From Mobula hypostoma (Eukaryota): a stretch of DNA of 64,000 bases. Under the pieces are notes generated by a model that saw only the letters and a program-made list of their open reading frames with translations, searched no databases and was not told where the DNA came from. Where the stretch lies: assembly GCF_963921235.1 (NCBI RefSeq), contig NC_086109.1, forward strand, positions 19,098,001-19,162,000, in the 5' to 3' direction. The position numbers and the translations under genes are program-made. Of the stretch, positions 1 to 11,710 are shown in pieces (the first letter of the stretch is position 1; each line of letters starts with the position of its first letter).

Positions 1-54
1 AGACTATTGCGAGAAACAAAAATCCACTGTAAGCAGTTCTGTGGGCCTTGTTAG

Positions 55-784
55 TGAGAGAGGTCGGATAAGAATGCCCAGACCGTTTCAAGCTGACAGG
101 TGACATTATCTCATATAGCCGCGCTTTACAACGGTGGTGTGCAGAAGGTGGGAGGGTATTTAATGCCCTCTGCCTGTGTGTGTCCAGTCCATCTCTCCCA
201 CTCGCTCACTGTTCTCAGAGGAAAGTCCATGCATCCGAATGGTCTCTCTCCCTCTCAATGCTATCGGAGGACGGTGACAAAGTCTTGGGTCTTGGGCCAG
301 GTTTAATCAACGTGGTTTGTGGATTGGACTCTGTAGACCATGTTATGATGTGTTTCCGGTTACTAGTTGCTCCTTTTTTTTCGCTGTTTTGATCAGGGCA
401 ACGTGTAGATAATGAACGACACAGTGCTAGATTGAACTGAACAGAATATGCCTGGACTCTTCTGATGACCTTGTGGGTTTAATGTTTTATAGTCTGTGCT
501 TTTCACATTTTTTTGCCATTTGCAAAATTAGCTTTTTTTTTTGTGTGGTGGAGGTTTGATGTTTTTCTTTGAACGGGGTCCAAGGTTTTCTTTGTTTCAT
601 GACTGTCTGTGGGAAGATGAATCTCAGGGCTGTATGCTGCACACATACTTGGATTATAATGAATCTTAATGCACAAACCTGTTGAACTTTGAAGCTGATG
701 GGCTACATCAACAGAAGACTATGTAAAGCAGAAGGCATCTTTATCATACGACTCCTGTACCTAAAAAAATGGCAGTGACTGTAT
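55..784 (+). mobile_element. Tc1/mariner-derived non-autonomous element, 3' part, interrupted by an unclassified repeat (~149-668)
   Basis: 55-148 and 670-784 match the Tc1-derived copies at 13022-13507 and 28850-29389 (caagctgacagg, acaacggtggtgtgcagaag, gatgggctac); decayed TIR tacctaaaaaaatggcagtgactg followed by TA. Confidence 0.65.
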
Positions 785-1579
785 ATTGTCTGACTAAATA
801 CCGTATGTTAATCTCCTTACTTAATTTCCTTTTCCTCATCAGTATTACTGTACACAAATTGAGATACAAATATTAAAATAATGTACAGATGTAATTGAAA
901 TACATTGATTCACTTGGTCAAAATATCACTTGATATGTTATTATTGGATGAGCTCTCTCAGATAGTGCTTTAAAAGAAATATATGTAAGACTAATTCGTT
1001 TGAGGAATGGGAAGGCTGCCACCGCCCCATTCCTCAGACAAATAACGTTTCTACATCTTTCATTTTCAGATAAGTGCAAAGATATGGCTTCTGTTTAATA
1101 TATCATCTGAAAGATGACACCCTACTCACGTAGTCTTGCTTAGAACTGAACCAGAATATCAACCTTGATTTTGGTACTTTATGTGAGTTGTTGTAAAAAA
1201 TTTTTAAAGTATTTGATGTTGAAATTCTGGGAACAATTTATTTTTCAATTGACTAAAATGGGAAAACAATTCATATACTTTTAAATTTATGTTTTCAAAC
1301 AATAAAAGGGGAAATTAAACCCACACCCATTAGATTGGAAACAGCTTTGAAGCCAGGCTTGCAAATTTCAATTCTGCAGTCAAGTCTCAAGAAGAGTCAA
1401 AGGAAATAAAATTCCCACTATGTCAGCATAACGTTGTGGGCTGAAGGGCCTCTACTGTACAGCAATGTTCTATGTCCTATGTTCTATGACCACATTTTCA
1501 TGGACAGTCCCCTTTTCTTTACTGTACTGATTCCAATGTATCTGTCACCGCCAAAGCTTTGTAACATTTCAAGGACACT

Positions 1580-2150
1580 ACTTAGGGCCTTGGTTCCTTA
1601 AGGTTGTCATAGCTAGGGGTGGTAGTGGGGATAAGCTTCCACTACATAATGCTCCCAATGGTGTGTACCTCAAATAGCTTCTGACAACCAGCCCAGCTCC
1701 TAGCTTCACATGTGGCTTAGCCACTAAGACTGGCGGAACCGTTGCTACTAACAGGAGAAGGGTCAAAGGCAGGTGACTGGTGCTTTAAAACCAGTCGCTT
1801 CGTGCAGATGGGGTTCATCAGTCACGGTTGGCAGCTCATCTGGAAGTAGGAAAGCTCTGATATCAAACCTCTGCTGACTTGCAGCTATACCGTCTCATGG
1901 GGAAGGCTTCAGGGGTAAACCCTGAGGGAAAAGTCTGGAGCTGGAGTCCCTACATTGAGTTCAATGCTGACTGGCAACTCATGCGATGCTGTTGGTATCA
2001 AATTCTATCTTTATCTGCTGTTGCTCTGCCGTGAAGAAGGGGAACTTGCTATGGGCAACAGCTTGGTCTCCATATTATACTGCCCAGGCTTGCGTATCTA
2101 GACAGCTAGGACTCAAGGTCCATGGTGGACCCTGAATGACGGAGCCCTCA
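1580..2150 (+). mobile_element. Non-coding structured retroelement, probably RTE-related and non-autonomous
   Basis: GC-richer block with internal hairpins (ggttgtca/tgacaacc, aaccg/cggtt) and no ORF. The family assignment is an inference. Confidence 0.4.
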
Positions 2151-2656
2151 CTCGCTTGGGTCTGCTTGAAATGCAGCAATTATAGAATAAGTTTACTTCC
2201 CAGCACAGACACAGGTACAATCATACTCGCAACGTAGTCCCATGCCATTTCCAGAAAAGCCTCAAAGGTTTGATGCATTGTGGCATTTGGTTTCCAAATC
2301 CACATCAGACTGTCAACAACAAACAGATTGACTTTGACAAGATTGCTCTTTGCTCCACACCAGGGAACAGCAGCTTATAAATACATTGCCTTGTCCTGGG
2401 TGAGGACTGTCAGTATATATCTTGTCTGGTAACATCACCCTGGTTAGTGAAAGTCAGCTGTCAGTTAATTACCCCTTCATTACAAACTGTTGAGAAAGAT
2501 GAAGTATTAATTTGACATGGAATTTAAAAATTAATCTTACATACATTTCTTTTAACGCAGAACGGGCTGACTCAATAATAACATATCCATTGGTATCACT
2601 TACGACTCTCCTTCACCAAATTGCTGTCAGCATCAATATCATAACCTTCAAGAGAG

Positions 2657-3045
2657 CCATAACCTTACCATAGGTTTGGAGGCTTGCCTGTCCCAATAAT
2701 CCAGAGAGCTATGTTGGCTGAAGTCAGGGCTTTATGTTATGACTCTTGGCAGGGTCACTCGTGCTAAGTAGGTTGAAGGATAGAGGACAGACTAAGAGTG
2801 GTCCAGGTTTGGGGGTTCAGCTCAGGGCCAACAACCTTGACTGCTTAAAAAATATTGTTGCAGAAACAGCAGTGAAGAATCCTTCTTCATCTGAGTGTGA
2901 CGGCATTCCTGAGTCTTCACCCTGGAATGATGGTACTGAAAACTCAGAGGAAGCTACTGACATGATGAAGGAAGCCCTGAGCACCTCCAGAGATGGAGGA
3001 CCTTCATTGCAGTCCTAAAGGCTGGATGTGTAATGGGCTGTAACT
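2657..3045 (+). mobile_element. RTE-clade internal-deletion derivative (5' UTR joined to 3' end)
   Basis: The 5' part resembles RTE/BovB-type 5' UTRs; the 3' part gatggaggaccttcattgcagtccta resembles the RTE ORF C-terminus (WRTFIA.L). Confidence 0.5.
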
Positions 3046-3169
3046 ATTGATGTCATAAGAATGCTGTTGTTACCTCACAGGCATAAAATAGTTAAAACAG
3101 GTCTAACATCCAGGTGGGTGCAACTATTCTTTTTCCCTAGATGACACTCCATCACAGTCAAAGAAAGAA

Positions 3170-3545
3170 GTGAACAACAATCTGGTGGAAGAACTCAGCA
3201 GGTTGAGCAGTATCTATGGGGAAAAGGAAGGGTCAATGTTTGGGGCAAGACCCTGAGTGAGGACCGAGTGTGGAGAGGGAAGGGAGCCAGTATTGAGAGG
3301 AGAGGAGATGGGGTCACAGGGTCCAGTAGCTGATTGGTGGATGTACTGCCCCCTGTCTCACTGCACACCCTCTCTTCCCTATACTGACTCTCTTCCCTCT
3401 CCACACTCAGTTCTGAAGCAAAGTTTTGACCTGAAATGCTGACAATTCCTTTCTCCTTCCCCCACTATAGATACTTTTCAACATGCAACGTTCCTCCAGC
3501 AGATTGCTTGTTGCTCTAGATTCCAGCATCTGTGGTCTCTTGTGC
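3170..3545. mobile_element. Penelope-like element termini in inverted arrangement (old)
   Basis: gaagaactcagcagg...tatctatgg on one side and ttcctccagcag...ttccagcatctg on the other, matching the Penelope end at 33545. Confidence 0.6.
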
Positions 3546-3739
3546 CTTCAAAAGAAAAATGAAGATTCCATTTTCATCTTGCTGATGTATCAACTTTTAA
3601 GCTTTTAAACTCACACTTGAAGCTGCTTCCTCTGTGAATTGAGAAAAGGCTACAGGGAAGTTGAGATTGTTTCTCGTCTTAATTTTTAAATCTCATCATT
3701 CGCTTTTATTTGAATATGAATGAGATTAATATTATTGAC

Positions 3740-3942
3740 ACAAGAGATTCTGTAGATGCTGGAAATCCAGAGCAACACATCAAGTTGCTGGAGGAACTCA
3801 GCAGGTCAGGCAGCATCTATGGAGAGGAATGAACAGTTGGCATTTTAGGCCAAGGAGGGCCTCAGTCCAAAATGTCGACTCTTTATTCCTTTCTATAGAT
3901 GCTACATGACTTGCTGAGGTCCTCCAGCATTTTGTGTGTGTT
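3740..3942. mobile_element. Penelope-like element termini in inverted arrangement
   Basis: tgctggaggaactcagcaggtcaggcagcatctat ... atagatgctacatgacttgctgaggtcctccagca form imperfect inverted arms around decayed hammerhead remnants. Confidence 0.75.
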
Positions 3943-4329
3943 AGTTAATGCATGTCTGCAGACCTGAGCTCCTCATTTGCTGAGCTGAAAGATAATTGAC
4001 AGGGCATTCCTTTACAATAGGTATTATAGTCCTTGCTAAAAGAATTACTACCATGGTTCAAGGGTTGAAGTGTTGGCCTGATCCAGATATGTTTAGTGGG
4101 ATCTCCTCTTGGCAAGTTCTCTGGAGCCCACTCTGATGTGTAGAGCTGGTTACAAAGATTTGACTCCTCACTCCCATCAGTTCTTATGCTTTGTTTCAAT
4201 ATGTCTGGAGAATCATCCATTCCCATAAGGGGTGCTGTTGAGGGAGTGGGCAGGGATCAGGTGGATTGAGCAGCATGCCTCCTTGAGGTGAATTCACTGG
4301 TGCATGAAGGTGCTTGGCCACCTGCAGGT

Positions 4330-4775
4330 CATTAACTTCTGCCAGATGCATGATGAGTCATTGAGTCATTGGCCCTGACCCCGACCGTATGTGCCCCCTG
4401 TTGGAAATCCGTCTTCCCAACACCCTCAGAGCCTCTCAGTATTTACTCTACTTCCAGTCTTTTGGAGTAATTGATAGTGCATCAATTTTATTAACAGTAA
4501 ATTTAAAGCATGGAACATGCTCTGAGACCTGACAAGCTAGACCTTGACCTGCAAACACCCAAAGCCGAAAGCGCTTTTGAATTCTGGCTGGCCTGCTTCG
4601 AATCATACCTGGAGGAGATTGAAGTGATTGAGTCCACCGCAAAGCACAGAGTTCTCCTCTCCAGGGTCAGTCCACGGGTCTACTCAATGATTAGAGACTG
4701 GCCGAGCTACGACGGCGTGATGAGCGCCCTCAGAAGACAATACCTGCGGCCGGTGAACACCGTCTACGCCCGAGT
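4330..4775 (+). mobile_element. Ty3/Gypsy-type LTR retrotransposon fragment: LTR 3' end plus gag N-terminus
   Basis: The LTR end ...tctacttccagtcttttggagtaattgatagtgcatca is shared with the solo LTR at 52700-52941. It is followed by ORF 4510 MEHALRPDKLDLD...FEFWLACFESYL...RQYLRPVNTVYAR, a gag-like start that is truncated. Confidence 0.7.
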
Positions 4776-5367
4776 CACCCATAGCACCATCTATCCTGTG
4801 CTTGTAAAGACAGGATGCTAGAGAGGCAGGGTCTATTATTTAACAAAATTTTCCATAATCACTGTACAGATTCAGAAACACCAGAGAATCCAGGTAAAAG
4901 TTAACAGAGGAGTAGGGTAACACCTCGAGCGAGTTCGCACTCTTGACCTTCAAGCTACAAGTCCTGAAAATGACTTCCTCTGTCTCCCCCATGTTGCTAG
5001 CTCATCGCCGGCAAACCACACTGCTGAAACTTTGAGCTTGCAGAAAATCTGTTTATTGGAGAGATGAAAAGAATGATTCTTCTGCAATTCTTTTGATCCT
5101 TTATCATTGTCAGAATAAAGCCACTGAGTAATGAAAAAAGGCCTTTAACACTAGACAGCTTTACTTTGACTTGCAGTATGAGGGAAGTAATTTCCAGAGC
5201 TCTCTGTAATTAAGTCTCGAGGCTGACATTCTGACCCCTGCTTACACAAGCATTTAAACTAAAACAACTGCAGGCTTGGATATTAGTCCATATCTAATGT
5301 ATAATGGCAACAGAGCCAGGAAAGGCTGATAACTGGTCCTCATAACTCCAGAGACAGTTAATAATAC

Positions 5368-6017
5368 TATAAGATATTGGAGCAGAATTGGGCCGTTCGG
5401 CACATCGATTCTGCTCTGCCATTGGATCATGCCTGCTTTAGTATTCCCTCTCAACCTAATTCTCTTGCCTTCCCCCCATAACTTTTGATGCTCTTACTAA
5501 TCTAAAACCTATCAACCGTGCTTTAAGTATACCCAGTAACTTCCAGCCATCTATGGATATGAATTCCATAAGTTCGCCACCCTGAGGCAAAAGAAATGTT
5601 TCCTCATCTCTGTTCTAAAGGGATGTTCTTGTAATCTGAGGCCGTGTCCTCTGTTCCTAGATCCTCCCACGAATGGAAATAACCTCTCCACATCCACTCT
5701 GTCTAGGCCTTTCAATGTTCAAAAGGTTTTATGACATCCTTCCCACCCCTACCCATTCTTCTAAACTCCTATGAATAAAAGGTTCAGAGACAACAAGCAC
5801 TCCTCCAACATTAAAACTTCCATGCCTGGAGTCATCTTTGTAAACCTCCTGCAGACCCTCTCCAAATCCTTCCTTAGAAATGGAACCTAAAACTGTTCAT
5901 GATACTCCAAATGTAGTCTGACCAATCCCTTATTAAGCCTCAGCATTACATCTCGTTTTTATGTTCTAGACCTTTCACAATGAATGCTAACATTGCATTT
6001 GCCTTCCTTACTACCAC
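5368..6017 (-). mobile_element. CR1 LINE 3' fragment (decayed)
   Basis: Colinear with the young CR1 at 44815-46170 (ggagcagaattgggccgttcgg, tcctcatctctgttctaaa, aactgttcatgatactccaaatgtagtctgacc, gcatttgccttc). Confidence 0.85.
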
Positions 6018-6464
6018 CTCAGCTCTTCCCATAGGAAAATGTTGCTTCAGAACTCAGCCTTCCCAAGCTGAGGTGTGCTTTGAGGTGATTTTTTTTTCTG
6101 TACCATGGGCAAGAATAGGTGTAAGTTGCTGGCTGGAGCGAAACACTTTGTTCCACTGGTCTCTTAAAAAAAAAACAATGTTGTCTTTACAAAGCTGCTG
6201 GACGATAGGCCAGAATGTTGAGGAGTTAACCTTGAGATGTTCTGCTCAAGAATTCAGACTACTAGAAGCAGGAAAGCTCTGAGGAATCTCCCGGTGTCTC
6301 ACTGCTACTGCCACCTGACTCAGTAGCTGGCGTGTGGGAGATTGTCACTGAGTCCTTGCACTGATGTATATTTCACCTCCAGAATAGAATTGACGTTAGT
6401 GAGACCCCTCTGGGATGCATCACTGTTTGGTATGGGCACTTGCACAGGCTTGAAATAAGCTGCA

Positions 6465-7135
6465 GACAGCTGCTCCTTCATGGGCAGTAGCCTCCCCAGC
6501 ATTCAGGACATCTTCAAGGAGCAATTTCTCAAAAAGGCTGCAAGTATCATCAGGGACCCCCATCAGCCAGGACATGCCTTGTTCTTATTGCTACCATGAG
6601 GAAGGAGGTACAGGAGCCCAAAGGCACACACTCAGTGATTCAGGAAGAACCTTTTCCTTTCTGCTATCTGATTTTGAAATAGGCATGAACCCACTTTGTT
6701 GTTGTTCAGTCATTAAGTTGAGACAGATTCTTCGTGGCCTCATGGACTCCTGCAAACCAAGCCTTCTTGTTGGAAACTGTCTCTCTAAGATCCCCCAAGG
6801 TCATACGCATTGTCTGAGTAATATTATCTATCCATCATAGCCTCTGTCGTCCTCTCGTTCTTTTACCTTTTGTTTTACCAAACATGAGAGTCTTCCCTGA
6901 GGAATCCTGTCTTCTCATGATGTGGCCAAAATATTTGAGATTTAGTCTCATAGTCAGGCCTCCTAGTGAGCAGACTATCTCTCTACTTACTTAATTTAAC
7001 TTTTAAAAAATATATATTGTATATAATCCCTACTGTAATTTACAGTTTATATTATTATGTATTGCAATGTACCGCAGACATAAAATAATGACTTTCATGA
7101 CTCATGCCAGTGATATTAAACCTGATTCTGATCCT
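6465..7135 (+). mobile_element. Rex1/Babar-type LINE 3' end, interrupted by a BovB-like fragment
   Basis: ctccccagcattcaggacatcttcaagg...atcagggacccccatcagccaggacatgcc, with 3' tail gatattaaacctgattctga shared with 10905-11710. Confidence 0.7.
6696..6976 (-). mobile_element. BovB-like RTE LINE 3' end
   Basis: Minus strand translates LNLKYFGHIMRRQDSSGKTLMFGKTKGKRTRGRQRL*WIDNITQTMRMTLGDLRETVSNKKAWFAGVHEATKNLSQLND*, followed by an (ACA)n tail. This matches the BovB ORF C-terminus pattern. Confidence 0.85.
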
Positions 7136-7372
7136 GGATATTATGTGTAGTTCTGGTCACCACACTAGAAGAAGGATGTAATTAAGCTTGAGAATATGCA
7201 GAAAAGATTTACAAGGGTATTGCCAGGAATACAAGGGCTAAGTTAAAGGAAAGACTGGCTGGGTTGGGAATGCTTTCCCAGGAGAGTAGGAGGCTGAATC
7301 ATGAGAAGCATAGATAGGGTGGATGGTCACAGTCTTTTTCACAGGATAAGCAAATCTAAAACAACAAGGTAT

Positions 7373-7911
7373 CAGTGTTCGTCCATCGTCAACGTCGATG
7401 AGGACCTTGACACCATAATGATGGTGTTGAGACTAGCGCGTGATTTGGATTTAAGTGAGGGAGAGTTGCGCAGTGTCAGCCTCACTCTCTCTTCCTAATT
7501 CCCATCTAGATCCAGCGGCAAGACAGAGTTGAGATCGCTGGAGATGGGACTAGGCGTAGTGGATGACAAAGACGTCTTCTGCGTCTAGTCCTGCTCTACA
7601 CATTCCACGACGCTTGCAGAGACCGCCTTCTTGACCGTTGGGCCTTCCATTGGTCTTGTCCGCTCAATCCGCCGGAGTCTGTCTTCACATGCTGGGATAG
7701 ACAACTCCCTATCTCACCGAGGGTTTGAGACCCATCAGCTACCCTCACCTGGTTTGGCCGGCTTGTCGAAGCTGTTGCCCGGGGTGTGGCCGCTGTCGCA
7801 TGCAAACAGCTACAGGGAGCCACAGGTGAGAGGTGGACTAATCACCTTGAAAAGGGCGCGACATGTTCCCCCACCAGAGGTGCTACACCTCCCTGACACC
7901 CCATATACTCC
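7373..7911 (-). mobile_element. Non-autonomous, non-coding retroelement (probably RTE-mobilised) with a 14-bp TSD
   Basis: Direct repeat aaacaacaaggtat at 7359-7372 and 7912-7925; no recognisable protein ORF; homologous to 31748-32150 and 60240-60653. Confidence 0.85.
7744..7902 (-). ncRNA. HDV-like self-cleaving ribozyme candidate with an extra hairpin in L3
   Basis: Minus strand: P1 GGGGUGU (7902-7896)/ACACCCC (7787-7781); P2 CUCACCUGU/A(C)CAGGUGAG; P3 GGC/GCC; L3 begins UCCCUGUA; P1.1 CC/GG; J1.1/4 GCAA; P4 CAGCUU-CGAC-AAGCCG; J4/2 GCCAA. Confidence 0.75.
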
Positions 7912-8289
7912 AAACAACAAGGTATAGGTTTAAGGTGAGAGAGAAAAGATTTAAAGGGAAACTGAGAGGAAGTTTTTCAGACTGTGGGTGGTGAAAGCAT
8001 GGAACAAGCTGCCAGAGGAAGTGGTAAAGGTGGGTTTAACTACAATACTTAAGATGCATTTGGACAGGTCCATCAGTAGGAAAGGCTTCTAAGGATGTGG
8101 GCCAAATGCATCAGATGGGACTAGCTCAGGAAGGCACCTTGGATGGGATAGATGAGTTGGCTCAAAGAGCTTCTGTCTATGATACGTAACTCAATGACTC
8201 CACTGCCTCCCTCTAAGCTCCTATAAGCAGTGGGAAAGAGACTACTCTACACTCCTTGTCATGAAAGGAACTTCTCCAAACTTCCTTCA

Positions 8290-8702
8290 AAATTTCAAAG
8301 TAAGTTTATTGTCAAAGTACATACATGTCACCATATACAACCATGAGATTCATTCACAGAAAATACAGGAAACACAATAGAACCAATGAAAGACTGCACC
8401 CAAACAGGACAAAGAACCATCGAATGTGCCAAAGACAACAAACTGTACAAATACAAAAAAAAACACAAAATAATACTATATATTGAGAACATGAGATGAA
8501 GAGTCCTTGAAAGTGAGTTATGGTAACAGTTCAGTGCTGGGCTGAGAAAAGTTGAGTGCAGTTATCCCCTCTGGTTCAAGAGCCCGATGGTTGAGGGTAG
8601 TAACTGTTCCTGAAACTGGTGGTGAGAGTCCAGAGGCTCATGTACCTCCTTCCTGACATCAGCAGTGAGAAGAGAGGCAGGGTCTGGATGGTGGGGTCCT
8701 TG
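8290..8702 (-). mobile_element. Rex1/Babar-type 3' end or derived non-autonomous element
   Basis: Tail aaaatttcaaagtaagtttatt; aactgttcctgaaactggtggtgagagtccagaggctcatgtacctccttcctga is the reverse complement of the Rex C-terminal region. Confidence 0.65.
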
Positions 8703-9699
8703 AGTACCCACAAGCATGACGTCCTACTGACCTTTGGTGTGCCTGGACACTAAACCTCTCACAAATATTCCTGCTGCACAGACCAGGTATGTACATTTGT
8801 ACATTGTGCGCACACCAGCTTAGTGCCCAAGTTACTGGGCTCACACGCAGATTGCTACACTTCTGCTCCAGGCACTAGAGTTTCAAATCCCATGAGGGCA
8901 ACTAGGGTGCTTAAATGAAATATGTAAATTTAAATTAAAATAGCTAGTCATCTTTTGCAACATTAAGATATTTATTCCTGCATTGTGCCATTGAATGGGA
9001 GGTGTCAAGGCCTCATTTCTGGAGGTCAGGCCTTCAGATTTCTGAATGGTCCATGAACACTACCTCAATAATTTGCTCTCATTTTGCAATATTTGTTTAT
9101 TTATAATATATTTCTTATTTTAATTTATGACTTTTTTTTATGTATTGCACTGTACTGTTGCTGCAAAACAACAAATCTCATTAAATTTTGTCAGTGATAA
9201 TAAACCTGATTCTGATTCTGAGCTGTTTCTGCTCACGAGGAAAAATCATCTGCCCCAGTGCTTTTGCAGAACAAGTGCTCCTGGCATTAATCTTGTGAAA
9301 AAGAATTTCCAAGTAGCTGAGTGTTTTCTCCCTCTCTTTGCTGCCAGACTCTGTGTTCCACAGCTGCCATAATTTGTGTTGATGCAGTCTGGTTGCCGGG
9401 AGGGATGTGCTTTTAAGAGCTGAGATCAGACCTGAGCTACCAGCATCTGAAGGAAGTTATGGTCCAGGTAAGTGTTGGTTCCTTATTGCTGTTTCACAAT
9501 CATGCAGAGCGAATACTATGATCTTTGCAGAAGATTCTGAATCAGTATAGATACTTTTAATGTTTCTAAAACAGTGCAACTGATTTTGCATGCAATGTAA
9601 TCTAACCATTAAAATGGTTGCAGGTGCTGGGAACTTGAAATCAAAACAGAAAATGCTGGAAACAGTTAACATTTCAGACTTGACCAGTTTGACAAAGGT

Positions 9700-10035
9700 A
9701 AATTCTGAGCAGCACACATAAAATGCTAGTGGAATGGAGCAAGTCAGGCAACATCTTTGGAGGAGAAGAAACAGCCAATGGTTCGAGCCAAAATCCTCCA
9801 TCAGGACTGGAAAGGAAGGCAGCAGAAGCCAGAATTAGAGGGGAGGGGAGGGGAAGGAGTACAAGCTTACAGGTGATAGGTGGGACCAAGTGAGAGGAAG
9901 GTGGTTGAGTGGAAGAGTGTATTGAAGTAAGAAGCTGAGAGGTGATAGGTGGAAGAGGTAAGTGGCTGAAGAAGAAGGAATTTGATAGGAGGGGATAATG
10001 GGCCATAGAAGAAAGGGAAGCTGGCAGGTGATTAA
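9700..10035 (-). mobile_element. Penelope-like element 3' end
   Basis: Reverse complement of 15700-16040; decayed hammerhead cagtcctgatggaggattttggctcgaacc. Confidence 0.75.
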
Positions 10036-10904
10036 TTCTGCTTTTCTTTCCATAGACATTACCTGACCTCCTATATATTTCCAGTTTTTTTGTTTTTATT
10101 GAAGTTGAAACTTATTAGCTATTCTCAGTGACCATAGTACGACACTATTGGATCATGTGTTTAGTGTTCCCCAGCAGTTTAAAAGGAGCACTGACCTTGA
10201 CTTTGGAAGTACAACATCTACAAATAATATGGGGTTTGAATCTGAGGACTCAATTTCTGTTCAGAATGCTGCTGTTTGCTTTAATTGTTTGCAAGATTTG
10301 TAGGTTTTTTTTCTTTCTCTTGCACATCAAGTGTTGGTCTTTTATTTTTTTTCTTTAATTGGGTTCTTTCAGGTTTCTTGCCTTGTGGCTACCTGCGTGC
10401 AAGCAAATCGCAAAGTCGTAAATAATAATAGTAATAAATGTACTTGAGTAAAATATATTTAGATAGACAGATCAAAAGAGTCACAAAATCATTCTTCCAA
10501 ACAGGCTCAAGGCCAAAGGTTTGCCCAAGTTGTTTCTCCCCGTTAAGAGAGGTGAGAAGCAGGTAAGATGCTACATAGAGATGTTCGTGGAGATATTTAA
10601 TGGACCACTTAGCTACGTGAATGACTATGTTCATTTCTACTGCAGATATCATTAATCAGTGGAGTGCAGAGTGCCCTACTGCCTACTTTAGTTTTTGGTT
10701 GAGATCTATGCCACAAAGGGCAAATCCCTACATGGTGACCTTGTAATATTGTTCTTACTTTCAGTCATGTTAAGAAATTACAATTTGAAACAGTTTTTAG
10801 TGTGCAAGTGTTTTACAATTATATACCAATTTTATTGGGCAAAAGCTCCTATGTTCTGTGAAACTCTTGCCAGACATTCTGCAAGAATGCAAGATATATT
10901 GGAC

Positions 10905-11710
10905 ATCTATAAGTCCACCACTGATACCACGATTGCCAGAATCTCGGAAGGTGACGAGGAAGCATACAGGAGAGAGATACAAATGTTTGTAGATTGGCTA
11001 GTTGAGTGGCATTGTAGCAACTACCTCACACTCAGCATCAACAAGACCAAGGATTTGATTATGGACTTCAGGAAGGGGAAGTGGGGGGAACACGCACTAG
11101 TCCTCCTTCAGGGATCTGCAGTGGAGAGAGTGAGCAGCTTCAAGTCCCTGGGTGTCAACATCTCAGAGATCTATTCTGGGCCCAACACAATCAGAACAAA
11201 TGCAGCTCTGCTTCATTAGCACTTTGAGATTTGATATGTCACAAAAGGCTCTTGAAAATCTCTACTGATGGACAGAGGAGAGCACTCTGACTGCATGGTC
11301 TGAAGGCTCAAATGTACATGATTAAAAGAGACTACAGAAGGGTGTAGACTCAGCCAGCTGCACTGTGAGCTCAATCCTCCCCACTATCGAGGACATCTTC
11401 AAAATACGGTGCCCAAGGAAGGTGATATCTATCATTAAGGACCCATACCATCCAGTACATGTCCACTTCTCATTACCGCCTTTGAGGAGGCGTACCGAGC
11501 CTGGAGACACACACTCAGCATCTTAGGTACAACTTCTTCCTCTCCGCCATCAGATTTCAGAACCCATGAACACTACCTCATTATTTCTCTTTGCAATAAT
11601 TTTTAAAATTTTTGGAACCTATATAATTCTTGAGTCTTGCACTATACTACTACTGCAAAACAACGAAGTTCACAATGTAAGTCAATGATAATAAACCTGA
11701 TTCTGATTCA
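10905..11710 (+). mobile_element. Rex1/Babar LINE RT C-terminal fragment (decayed)
   Basis: IYKSTTDTTIARISEGDEEAYRREI...LTLSINKTKDLIMDFRK...VERVSSFKSLGVNISE; tail aataaacctgattctga. Confidence 0.85.

Larger units (their letters stand above)
7135..8200 (+). mobile_element. CR1 LINE 3' fragment interrupted by a TSD-flanked insert
   Basis: Starts with a YYV*FWSPH-like segment; ggaacaagctgccagaggaagtggt (WNKLPEEVV) resumes after 7925. Confidence 0.85.

Noticed and set aside
1001..1035. Hairpin tgaggaatggg...cccattcctca
   Set aside because: Isolated 11-bp stem, too short for a pre-miRNA and without other support.
4870..4893. Possible 24-nt micro-exon (acag|ATTCAG...TCCAG|gtaaaa)
   Set aside because: Weak polypyrimidine tract and no partner exons.
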